Source: Heterodontus francisci
Lineage: Eukaryota
Length of the DNA stretch: 64,000 nt
Direction of reading: 5' to 3'
Assembly: GCF_036365525.1 (NCBI RefSeq)
Contig: NC_090399.1
Coordinates: 57,816,430 to 57,880,429, forward strand
Shown here: positions 1-12,000 of the stretch, one piece after another
Numbering within the stretch: the first letter of the stretch is position 1
How the letters are laid out: the number at the start of each line of letters is the position of its first letter
The notes under the pieces: model-generated
Databases searched by the model: none
Seen by the model: the letters and a program-made list of their open reading frames with translations, nothing else
What the model was told of the DNA's origin: nothing
Made by a program: the position numbers and the translations under genes

Positions 1-119
1 CTGTGCCGCTCAAAGGAGGGGGCTTATAAAGTTACCAAAAAGTAGAAATCCTGAGGATTTGGAGCATTTTAGAATTCAGCAAAGGAGGATTAAGATACTG
101 ATAAAGAAAGGGAGAATCC

Positions 120-1350
120 GTTGAGGAAGTGACAAAGTTGATTGATGAGGGAAGGGCTGTAGATGGCATATACATTGACTTCAGTAAGGCGTTTGATAAG
201 GTTCCCCATGGTAGGCTGATGGAGAAAGTGAAGTCGCATGGGGTCCAGGGTGTACTAGCTAGATGGATAAAGAACTGGCTGGGCAACAGGAGACAGAGAG
301 TAGCAGTGGAAGGGAGTTTCTCAAAATGGAGACGTGTGACCAGTGGTGTTCCACAGGGATCCGTGCTGGGACCACTGTTGTTTGTGATATACATAAATGA
401 TTTGGAGGAAAGTATAGGTGGTCTGTTTAGCAAGTTTGCAGATGACACTAAGATTGGTGGAGTAGCAGATAGTGAAGGGGACTGTCAGGTAATACAGCAG
501 AATATAGATAGATTGGAGAGTTGGGCAGAGAAATGGCAGATGGAGTTCAATCCGGGCAAATGCGAGGTGATGCATTTTGGAAGATCCAATTCAAGAGTGA
601 ACTATACAGTAAATGGAAAAGTCCTGGGGAAAATTGATGTCCAGAGAGATTTGGGTGTTCAGGTCCATTGTTCCCTGAAGGTGGCAACGCAGGTCAATAG
701 AGTGGTCAAGAAGGCATACGGCATGCTTTCCTTCATCGGACGGGGTATTGAGTACGAGAGTTGGCAGGTCATGTTACAGTTGTATAAGACTTTGGTTCGG
801 CCACATTTGGAATACTGCGTGCAGTTCTGGTCGCCACATTACCAAAAGGATGTAGATGCTTTGGAGAGGGTGCAGAGGAGGTTCACCAGGATGTTGCCTG
901 GTATGGAGGGAGCTAGCTATGAAGAGAGGTTGAGTAGATTAGGATTATTTTCATGAGAAAGACGGAGGTTGAGGGGGACCTGATTGAGGTGTTTAAAATC
1001 ATGAGAGGTATAGACAGGGTGGATAGCAAGAAGCTTTTTCCCAGAGTGGGGGATTCAATTACTAGGGGTCACGAGTTCAAAGTGAGAGGGGAAAAGTTTA
1101 GGGGGGATATGCGTGGAAAGTTCTTTAAGCAGAGGGTGGTGGGTGCCTGGAACGCGTTGCCGGCGGAGGTGGTAGACGCGGGCACGATAGACGTATTTTA
1201 AGATGTATCTAGACAGATACATGAATGGGCAGGAAGCAAAGAGATACAGACCCTTAGAAAATAGGCGACAGGTTCAGATAGAGGATCTGGATAGGCGCAG
1301 GCTTGGAGGGCCGAAGGGCCTGTTCCTGTGCTGTAAGTTTCTTTGTTCTT
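120..1350 (+). mobile_element. CR1 LINE, 5'-truncated (RT and 3' UTR)
   Basis: ORF 129-956 has DFSKAFD, SGVPQGSVLGPLLF, FADD and LVRPHLEYC and continues after a frameshift (953-1201). Tail gggccgaagggcctgttcctgtgctgta. Confidence 0.95.
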
Positions 1351-1639
1351 TGTTTGTAAACTGGCAAGAAGCATAAAAACAGACTGTAAAAGCTTCTATA
1401 AGTATGTAAAAAGGAAAAGATTAGCAGAGATAAATGCAGGCCCATTACAGGTAGAGACAGGAGAATTTATATTGGGAATAAGGAAATGGTAGAGAAACTA
1501 AACAAATACTTTGTAACTGTCTTCACGGAGGAAGGTACAAAAAAAAATCCTCCCAGAAATACTGGAGAACCAAGGGACTCGTGAGAATGGGAAACTGAAA
1601 GAAATTAATATTTGTAAAAAAAATAGTGCTGGAGAAAAT

Positions 1640-4388
1640 CATCATCTTCTTCTTTGGCCTCCTAGTCTCGAGAGACGATGGGTAAGCACCTGGAGGTGGT
1701 CAACGGTTTGTGAAGCAGCATCTGGAGTGGCTATAAAGGTCAATTCTAGAGTGACAGACACTTCACATGCCCTGCAGATAAAATTGGTTATCAGGGCTGT
1801 TACACAGTTGGCTCTCTCCTTGCGCTTCTGTCTTTTTTCCTGCCAACAGCTAAGTGTCTTCGACTTGCCAGTCTTTAGCCCCGCCTTTATGGCTGTTCAC
1901 CAGCTCTGGCCATCACTGGCAACTGACTCCCACAACTTGTGGTCAATGTCACAGGATTTCATGTTGCATTTGCAGATGTCTTTAAAGTGGAGACATGGGC
2001 GGCCGATGGGTCTGATACCAGTGACGAGATCGCTGTACATTGCGTACTTGAGGATCCTGCCATCTTCCATGCATCTCATATGGCCAAGCCACCTTAAGGG
2101 CCGCTGGCTCAGTAGGGTGTATATGCTGGGGATGTTGGCCATCTCGAGGACTTCTGCCACCTGATGCCAAGGATTCCCCTCCGGAGGCAGCGAAGATGGA
2201 ATGAATTGAGACGTCACTCTTGGCTGACATATGTTGTCCAGGCCTCGCTGCCGTAGAGAAAGGTACTGAGGACACAGGCTTGATACACTCGGCCTTTCGT
2301 GTTCCGTGTCAGTGAGCCACACCCTCTCGGCCAGTCTGGACATCGCAGCGGATGCCTTTCCCATACGCTTGTTGATTTCTGCATCTAGAGACAGGTTACT
2401 GGTGATAGTTGAGCCTAGGTAGGTGAACTCTTGAACCACTTCCAGAGCGTGGTCACCGATATTGATGGATGGAGCATTTCTGACATCCTGTCCCATGATG
2501 TTCATTTTCCTGAGGCTGATGGTAAGGCCAAATTCGTTGCAGGCAGCCGCAATCCTGTCAATGAGTCTCTGCAGACACTCTTCAGTGTGAGATGTTAATG
2601 CAGCAGCGTCAGAAAGAGGAGTTCCCTGATGAGGACGTTCCGTACTTTTGTCTTCGCTCTTAGATTGGCAAGGTTGAACAACCTGCCACCTGATCTTGTG
2701 TGGAGGAAAATTCCTTCTTCTGAAGACTCGAATGCATCTGAGAGCAGCAGGGAGAAGAGGATCCCAAACGGTGTAGGTGCGAGAACACAGCCCTGTTTCA
2801 CGCCATTCAGGATAGGAAAGGGCTCTGATGTGGCACCGCTATGCTGATTTGTGCCTTTCAGATTGTCTTGGAATGAGGTGATGATAGTTAGTAGCGTTGG
2901 TGGACATCCGATCTTTTCTAGTAGTCTGAAGAGACCACGTCTGCTGATGAGGTCAAAGGCTTTGGTGAGATCTATGAAAGCAACGTAGAGGGGCATCTGT
3001 TGTTCACGGCATTCCTCCTGCAGCTGGCGAAGGGAAAATAGCATGTCAATGGTAGATCTCTCTGCTCGAAAGCTGCACTGTGCCTCAGGGTAGACACGTT
3101 CAGCTAGCTTCTGGAGCCTGTTTAAAATGACACGAGCGAAGACTTTCTCCACTATGCTGAGCAGGGAGATTCCACGGTGGTTGTTGCAGTCACCGCGGTC
3201 ACCCTAGTTCTTATAGAGGGTGATGATATTGGCATTGCGCATGTCCTGTGGTACTGCACCCTCGTCCCAGCACAGGCAAAGCAATTCATGGAGTGCTGAG
3301 AGTATAGCAGGCTTGGCACTCTTGATTATTTCAGTGGTAATGCCATCCTTCCCGGGTGCTTTTCCACTGGCTAGAGAATCAATGGCATCACTGAGTTCCG
3401 ATTTTGTTGCTGTACGTCCAGCTCATCCATGAGTGGCAGAGGCTGGGCTGCATTGAGGGCGGTCTCAGTGACACCATTTTCCCTGGAGTACAGTTCTAGG
3501 TAGTGCTCCACCCAGCGGTCCATTTGCTTGCGTTGGTCAGTGATCATGACCCTGATTTAGATTTGAGGTGGGGGGCGAGCTTCTTGATGGCTGGCCCAAA
3601 AGCTCTCTTAATGCCATCATACATTCCTCTGATGTTTCCGGTGTCTGAGGCCAGCTGAATATGACTGCATAGGTGTTGCCAGTAGTCATTTGTGCAGCGC
3701 CTGGCTGTTCTTTGTGCAGTGCTTCTGGCTGCTTTAAGTGCTACGGATGTTTACTCGCTGGGGGCTTTCTTGTAGTTCAACAGTGCAATGCGCTTAGCGG
3801 CTAAGACAGGTTCCAGCTCTTCAAAGTGAGATTGAAACCAATCTGCATTCTGCTTCTCACGTTTGCCATAGGTGGTCATTGCTGAGTCATAGATGGCGTC
3901 TCTGATGTGGGCCCACTTGGTCTCTGCATCCCATGTCGGAGTGTTTTTAAGGGCTTTTTCAAGTGAATTTAGAAACTTATGTAACAGCTGTGGATGAGAA
4001 ATTCTGCTCGTGTTGATGTGCGGGCGGCCCTTCTGCTTGGAGTGATGCAGCTTCTTTGGTTTGAGTCTAACCTTGCTGCACACCAGGGAGTGGTCAGTGT
4101 CGCAGTCCGCACTGTGGAAGCTGCGGGTGATTTGAACGCTGTTTATAAAGGCTCGCCTTGTGATGATGAGCTCCAGCTGGTGCCAACGACGTGATCTTGG
4201 GTGCCTCCATAAAACCTGGTGACAGGGTTTAGTGTGAAAGAATGAGTTGGTGATGCAGAGGTTATGATAGGTACATAACTCAAGCAGTCTCTGTCCATTC
4301 TCATTCATCCTTCCAATGCCATAGCGCCCAAGGCAGGAGGGCCATGAGTCATGGTCGGCCCCAACCCTGGCGTTAAAGTCCCCCAGAG
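1640..4388 (-). mobile_element. RTE-clade LINE, degenerate, 5'-truncated
   Basis: Endonuclease remnant (GDFNA...MNENGQRLLE...DTDH) and RT (FIDLTKAFD, GVKQGCVLAP, FTYLGS). (GAA/GAT)n tail at ~1640-1655; aaatagt(g/a)ctggagaaa duplicated on both flanks. Confidence 0.92.
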
Positions 4389-4692
4389 GAACAGATGGTA
4401 GTAAAATATAGTACTGGAGAAATTAATGGGACTGAAAGTTGTTCTGGACCTGATGATTTATATCCCAGAGTGTTGAAAGAGGTATTTGACGAGATAATGG
4501 ATGCATTGATGGTTATCTTTCAAAATGTAATAGATTCTGGAGCAGTTCCAGCAGATTGGAAGGTAGCAAATGTCACCCCACTATTTAAGAGAGGAAGGAG
4601 AGAAAACAGAAAACTACAGACCAGCTAGCCTGACATCAGATGTAGGGAAAAGGCTAGAATCTATTATAAAGGATGTGATAAATGGACACTTC

Positions 4693-5410
4693 GGGCTGAA
4701 TTGCACTGCCATGCTGCTGCAATCTACCCTGCGGTGGCCCAACATAATATACCAGTCAGGTCTCCCCTCCCTCTCTCCACTGGCCCCCCAATAACGTGGA
4801 GGGGGTGGGCTCTCCAAGGCCCACAACAGCGACAGCTGCCTGTGCGCAGGCTCGGCGCTGTTTTTAAAGGACAGCCAGTCCTGCCAGTACATTGAAATTT
4901 TTAAAGGTCTACCCCACCAATTACACTGAAAAATAAACTATCGCCCCTCCCCCCCCAATAATAATTAAATGTAATAGTTGTCTCTCTTCCGCACCCCCCC
5001 CCACCCAACAACAAAACACTTACCTGTAAGTCTTGACCTTTGCCCCCCAAAACTGATCAAAGTACAGAGGTCACCCCTTCACCCCACTCCTCTATACTAC
5101 TAATGCTGATCAGACACCTCCCCCAACCCATCCCCACTGCAGTAAAAATCCGAAGTACTTCCCCACCTCGGTGGCACCAGCTTTCCCTGGACAGGAAAGT
5201 GAAGGTGCATGAGTGCTGGCCACCGCTCAGAAGATCCTGTGCAGCAGCTAAGATTGTTGTGAATTCTACTTAAATTTATTCATTTACTTAATTTAAATAT
5301 GTAAAGCCAGGTCCCATCACCCAGAGGCGGGGGGCCGCCATGGAGCCGGTACAATCTTCCAGCGTCCTCCGCCACAGACTCTGACGTCGGGACCTCAACT
5401 AAATCTAACC
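4693..5410. mobile_element. non-autonomous DNA transposon (MITE-like)
   Basis: GC-rich non-coding insert in CR1 starting gggctgaatt; shares internal blocks with the element at 60944-61751. Confidence 0.6.
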
Positions 5411-5517
5411 ATTAGAAAATAATGGTAGGATTGGGCAGAGTCAACATGGATTTATGAAAGGGAAATCATGTTTGACAAACCTGTTGGAGTATTTTTGAGG
5501 ATGTAATTAGCAGGAAA

Positions 5518-5709
5518 GTTTAGTTTAGTTTAGAGATACAGCACTGAAACAGGCCCTTCGGCCCATCGAGTCTGTGCTGACCATCAACCACCCATTTATA
5601 CTAATCCTACACTAATTCCATATTCCTACCACATCCCCACCTGTCCATATATTTCCCTACCACCTACCTAAACTAGGGGCAATTTATATAATGGCCAATT
5701 TACCTATCA
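5518..5709 (-). mobile_element. V-SINE (HE1-like), 3' part
   Basis: Nearly identical to the 3' halves of the SINEs at 51120-51456 and 62197-62530; (CTAAA)n tail. Confidence 0.85.
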
Positions 5710-5796
5710 TAAGGGGGAAACAGTGGATGTGGTGTATTTGGATTTTCAGAAGGCGTTCAATAAGTTCTCAAACATGAGGTAATATACTCGTAATTT

Positions 5797-6930
5797 TCTT
5801 ATTTATTTCATGGGATGTGGGCATCACCGGCCAGGCCAGCATTTATTGCCCAGCCCTAATTGCCCAAGAGAAGGTGGTGGTGAACCACCTTCTTGAAAAG
5901 CCACAGTCCTAGTGTGGTAGGTACACCCACAGTGCTGTTAGGAAGGGAGTTCCAGGATTTTGACCCAGCGGCAGTGAAGGAATGGCAATATAGTTCCAAG
6001 TCAGGATGGTGTGTGACTTGGAGGGGAACTTGAAGGTTGTGGTGTTCCCACACATCTGCTGCCCTTATCTTCTAGGTTGTAGGGGTCGTGGGTTTGGAAG
6101 GTGCTGCCTGAGTGGCCTTGGTGCATTGCTGCAGTGCATCTTGTAGATGTACACACTGCTGCTACTGTGTGTCAGTAGCGGAGGGAGTGAATGTTTGTAG
6201 ACGGGGTGCCAATCAAGCTGGCTGCTTTGTCCTGGATGGTGTCGAGCTTCTTGAATGTTGTTGGAGCTGCACCCATCCAGGCAAGTGGAGAGTGTTCCAT
6301 CACACTTCTGACTTATGCCTTGTACATGGTGGACAGGCTTTGGGGAGTCAGGAGGTGAGCTACTTGCTGCGGGATTCCGAGCCTCTGACCTGCTCTTGTA
6401 GCCACGGTATTTATATGGCTACTCCAGTTCAGTTTCTGGTCAAGGGTAACCCCTAGGATGTTGATAATGGGGGATTCAGCAATCGTAATGCCATCGAAAG
6501 TCGAGAGGAGATGGTTAGACTCACTCTTGTTGGAGATGGTCATTGCCTGGCACTTGTGTGGCACAAATGTTGCTTACCACTTATCAGCCCAAGCCTGGAT
6601 ATTGTCCAGGTCTTGCTGCATTTCTAAACAGACTGCTTCAGTATTTGAGGAGTCGCGAATGGTGCTGAACATTGTGCAATCATCAGCGAACATCCCCACT
6701 TCTAGACCTTATTTTTGAAGAAAGGTCATTGAAGAAGAAGCTGAAGATGGTTAGGCCGAGGACACTACCCTGAGGAACTCCTGCAGTGATGTCCTGGAGC
6801 TCAGATGATTGATCTCCAATGACCACAACCATCTTCCATTACGCTAGGTACGATTTCAACCAGTGGAGAGTTTTCCCCCTGATTCCCATTATCTGAAGTT
6901 TTGCTCGGGCTCCTTGATGCCATACTTGCT
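5797..6930 (-). mobile_element. APE-RT LINE (CR1/L2 group), 3' fragment
   Basis: Same RT C-terminus and 3' end (gggcaattaggg...cccacatcccatga...aataa) as the copy at 26030-28777. Confidence 0.88.
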
Positions 6931-6933
6931 GCG

Positions 6934-7800
6934 GGAGAATGAATGGAAGTAGTGAGAGGAGAGAGAGAGAGAATGGGAGAGTGAGAGGAGAGAGAGAGAA
7001 TGGGAGCAGTGAGAGGAGAGAGAGAGAATGGGAGCAGTGAGAGGAGAGAGAGAGAGAATGGGAGCAGTGAGAGGAGAGAGAGTGAATGGGAGCAGTGAGA
7101 GGAGAGAGAGAGAGAATGGGGGCAGTGAGAGGAGAGAGAGAGAGAATGGGAGCAGTGAGAGGAGAGAGAGAGAGAATGGGAGCAGAGAGAGGAGAGAGAG
7201 AATGGGAGCAGTGAGAGGAGAGAGAGAATGGGAGCAGTGAGAGGAGAGAGAGAGAGAATGGGAGCAGTGAGAGGAGAGAGAGAGAGAATGGGAGCAGTGA
7301 GAGGAGAGAGAGAGAATGGGGGCAGTGAGAGGAGAGAGAGAGAGAATGGGGGCAGTGAGAGGAGAGAGAGAGAGAATGGGGGCAGTGAGAGGAGAGAGAG
7401 AGAGAATGGGGGCAGTGAGAGGAGAGAGAGAGAGAGAATGGGGGCAGTGAGAGGAGAGAGAGAGAGAATGGGGGCAGTGAGAGGAGAGAGAGAGAATGGG
7501 AGCAGTGAGAGGAGAGAGAGAGAATGGGAGCAGTGAGTGGAGAGAGAGAGAATGGGAGCAGTGAGTGGAGAGAGAGAGAATGGGAGCAGTGAGAGGAGAG
7601 AGAGAGAATGGGAGCAGTGAGAGGAGAGAGAGAGAATGGGAACAGTGAGAGGAGAGAGAGAGAGAATGGGAGCAGTGAGAGGAGAGAGAGAGAATGGGGA
7701 CAGTGAGAGGAGAGAGAGAGAGAATGGGAGCAGTGAGAGGAGAGAGAGAGAGAATGGGAGCAGTGAGAGGAGAGAACGAGAATGAGACCTGTGAGAGGAG
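6934..7800 (+). repeat. GA-rich minisatellite, ~26-32 bp unit GAATGGGAGCAGTGAGAGG(AG)n
   Basis: Visible tandem array, about 29 units, with variable AG tract length. Confidence 0.97.
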
Positions 7801-8109
7801 AGGCTGATTGGGACCATGGGACTTCAAGGAGGACAATATTCTCTCTAAGGTGCCTGTGTGCATAGCCAGATACTATCCAGAATTTGCCTTGAATTGTAAT
7901 GAACAAGCTACTGACAACTTTGCTTAAGATCAGTTAATTTTAAAATGTAAATTTCCCATGGCCAATACTCAAGTGCTCAGGAGTTTCTAGTTCGCCTGTT
8001 ACAGATAAAATTTACACAGAAAATTTCTGAGTACAATGAGTGATACACAGAGTCAGCAGTAGAGGAGATTGATAAAGTGAGCCTCAGAACAGTGATACCG
8101 AGACACACT

Positions 8110-9075
8110 GATCTATCTGTCCCTGGCGTTGCTGAGAATGTGTCTGGCCATGTTGTTGCTTCAAGCTCCATTCAGTTGGACCGTGCCGTACTATCTGTCT
8201 CTCGTGGCAACGTTTGTACAGAAAAACACCTTTGATCACTAGTCCATCAGGCAGTATTCCACACATAACATCCTTGAGGCCCTGCGGGAAAAGGAGATGG
8301 TGGACCCTGTCGGTTGGTTCTCTGTGCAGACTGTCAAATGCATTTCCAGATGGTGTCATTGCCAGATCTTCCAAACAAGCACATAGATATAGCAATCCTG
8401 GTGGTGAGAAGGGCCCTCCCTGTCAGTTCTGCATGGCCAGAGCCTGCCTGCCTGCCTCCGCACGCTGCCCTTGAGGTGACTGCGGTGGGGAAGAGACCAT
8501 CACCCACCTCTTTCTGGAATGTGCCTTTACAAAGCAGCTCTGGAAAGAGATGCAGTGGTTTTCCACAAAGTTGATCCTGAGCAGCTCTGTAATACAGGAC
8601 TCAGTGCTCTATGGCTGTTCCCCAGGACACATACTGAGATAAACATCAGCTGCTGCTGGAAGACCATCAACTTGCTGAAAGATGCACTTTGGTCTGCACA
8701 AAACCTACTGGTCTTCCAGTGCAAAGAGCTGTCAATAACCGAGTGTTGCAGACTGGCACAGTCCGAGGTCCGGGCCTATGTATTGAGGGATGTATTGGGG
8801 CAGCTGCCACAAAGGCTCAATGGGAAAATGCCACTATCTAAGGCCTTCTCACTATGGTAAGCCGAGAGGCTGGAACCCGTGGAAAACCCCTTGGGCTATA
8901 TGCACCAGAGAATGATATCAAATGCAAATGTACCTGTAATGGCAAGTGTTGTGAATCACCTCATATACTGTATTGAAATAAATTGGTCTGTATTGCATTT
9001 TATGCAATGTCAAGTTTGACCTATATGTGTTGTACTTACAAATTTTGTGAACAGCATATTTTTGTGGTAAAAGAA
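8110..9075 (+). mobile_element. Tx1/L1-group LINE, 3' fragment
   Basis: Homologous to 29625-31126 (ALREKEMVDPVGWF, CP..CGG.ET..HL..EC knuckle, LFPGTHTE); ends in an A-rich tail. Confidence 0.8.
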
Positions 9076-9076
9076 C

Positions 9077-12000
9077 CCGAAAGACACAAACCGAGGGTGA
9101 TTGATAAAGGTGAGACTTGAATAAAGTGATACAGAGAGACACAAACAGAGAGTGATTGATAAAGGTGAGACTTGAATAAAGTGATACAGAGAGACACAAA
9201 CAGAGAGTGATTGATAAAGGTGAGACTGAATACAGTGATACAGAGAGACACAAACAGAGGGTGATTGATAAAGGTGAGACTGAATACAGTGATACAGAGA
9301 GACACAAATAGAGGGTGATTGATAAAGGTGAGACTGAATACAGTGATACAGAGAGACACAAATAGAGAGTGATTGATAAAGGTGAGAATGAATACAGTGA
9401 TACAGAGAGACACCAACAGAGGGTGATTGATAAAGCTGAGACTTGAACACAGTGATACAGAGAGACACAAACAGAGGGTGATTGATAAAGGTGAGACTGA
9501 ATACAGTGATACAGAGTGAGACACACAAACAGAGGGTGATTGATAAAGGTGAGAGTGAATGCAGTGATACAGAGAGACACAAACAGAGGAGATTGATAAA
9601 GGTGAGACTGAATACAGTGATACAGAGAGACACAAACAGAGGGTGATTGATAAAGGTGAGACTGAATACAGTGATACAGAGAGACACAAACAGAGGAGAT
9701 TGATAAAGGTGAGACTGAATACAGTGATACAGAGAGACACAAACAGAGGAGATTGATAAAGGTGAGACTGAATACAGTGATACAGAGAGACACAAACAGA
9801 GGGTGATTGATAAAGGTGAGACTGAATACAGTGATACAGAGAGACACAAACAGAGGGTGATTGATAAAGGTGAGACTGAATACAGTGATACAGAGAGACA
9901 CAAACAGAGGAGATTGATAAAGGTGAGACTGAATACAGTGATACAGAGAGTCACAAACAGAGAGTGATTGATAAAGGTGAGACTGAATACAGTGATACAG
10001 AGAGACACAAACAGAGGAGATTGATAAAGGTGAGACTGAATACAGTGATACAGAGAGTCACAAACAGTGAGTGATTGATAAAGCTGAGACTTGAACACAG
10101 TGATACAAAGAGTCACAAACAGAGAATGATTGATAAAGGTGAGACTGAATACAGTGATACAGAGAGACACAAACAGAGAGTGATTGATAAAGGTGAGACT
10201 GAATACAGTGATACAGAAAGACACAAAAAGAGGGTGATTGATAAAGATGAGACTGAATACAGTGATACAAAGAGTCACAAACAGAGAATGATTGATAAAG
10301 GTGAGACTGAATACAGTGATACAGAGAGACACAAACAGAGAGTGATTGATAAAGGTGAGACTGAATACAGTGATACAGAAAGACACAAAAAGAGGGTGAT
10401 TGATAAAGATGAGACTGAATACAGTGATACAAAGAGTCACAAACAGAGAATGATTGATAAAGGTGAGACTGAATACAGTGATACAGAGAGACACAAACAG
10501 AGAGTGATTGATAAAGGTGAGACTGAATACAGTGATACAGAAAGACACAAAAAGAGGGTGATTGATAAAGATGAGACTGAATACAGTGATACAAAGAGTC
10601 ACAAACAGAGAATGATTGATAAAGGTGAGACTGAATACAGTGATACAGAGAGACACAAACAGAGAGTGATTGATAAAGGTGAGAGTGAATACAGTGATAC
10701 AGAGAGACACAAACAGAGAGTGATTGATAAAGGTGAGACTGAATACAGTGATACAGAGAGACACAAACAGAGGGTGATTGATAAAGGTGAGACTGAATAG
10801 AGTGATACAGAGAGACACAAACAGAGGAGATTGATAAAGGTGAGAATGAATACAGTGATACAGAGAGACACAAACAGAGGAGATTGATAAAGGTGAGACT
10901 GAATACAGTGATACAGAGTGAGACACACAAACAGAGGGTGATTGATAAAGGTGAGAGTGAATGCAGTGATACAGAGAGACACAAACAGAGAGTGATTGAT
11001 AAAGGTGAGACTGAATACAGTGATACAGAGAGACACAAACAGAGGGTGATTGATAAAGGTGAGACTGAATACAGTGATACAGAGAGACACAAACAGAGGA
11101 GATTGATAAAGGTGAGACTGAATACAGTGATACAGAGAGTCACAAACAGAGAGTGATTGATAAAGGTGAGACTGAATACAGTGATACAGAGAGACACAAA
11201 AAGAGGGTGATTGATAAAGATGAGACTGAATACAGTGATAAAAAGAGTCACAAACAGAGAATGATTGATAAAGGTGAGACTGAATACAGTGATACAGAGA
11301 GACACAAACAGAGAGTGATTGATAAAGATGAGACTTGAATACAGTGATACAGAGAGACACAAACAGAGAGTGATTGATAAAGGTGAGACTGAATAGAGTG
11401 ATACAGAGAGACAAAAACAGAGGGTGATTGATAAAGGTGAGACTGAATACAGTGATACAGAGTGAGACACACAAACAGAGGGTGATTGATAAAGGTGAGA
11501 GTGAATGCAGTGATACAGAGAGACACAAACAGAGGAGATTGATAAAGGTGAGACCGAATACAGTGATACAGAGAGACACAAACAGAGAGTGATTGATAAA
11601 GGTGAGACTGAATACAGTGATACAGAGAGACACAAACAGAGGGTGATTGATAAAGGTGAGACTGAATACAGTGATACAGAGAGACACAAACAGAGGAGAT
11701 TGATAAAGGTGAGACTGAATACAGTGATACAGAGAGACACAAACAGAGGGTGATTGATAAAGGTGAGACTGAATACAGTGATACAGAGAGACACAAACAG
11801 AGGGTGATTGATAAAGGTGAGACTGAATACAGTGATACAGAGAGACACAAACAGAGGAGATTGATAAAGGTGAGACTGAATACAGTGATACAGAGAGTCA
11901 CAAACAGAGAGTGATTGATAAAGGTGAGACTGAATACAGTGATACAGAGAGACACAAACAGAGGAGATTGATAAAGGTGAGACTGAATACAGTGATACAG

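Larger units (their letters stand above)
1355..5780 (+). mobile_element. old CR1 copy split by RTE, MITE and SINE insertions (pieces ~1355-1640, 4390-4692, 5410-5517, 5710-5780)
   Basis: Collinear CR1 ORF2 fragments (GPDDLYPRVLKE...WKVANVTPLFK, NYRPASLTS, QHGFMKGKSCLTNL, VYLDFQKAF) resume across each insert. Confidence 0.8.

Noticed and set aside
6801-7906. 320-355 aa Ser/Leu/Pro ORFs in three frames
   Set aside because: Translations of the GA minisatellite.
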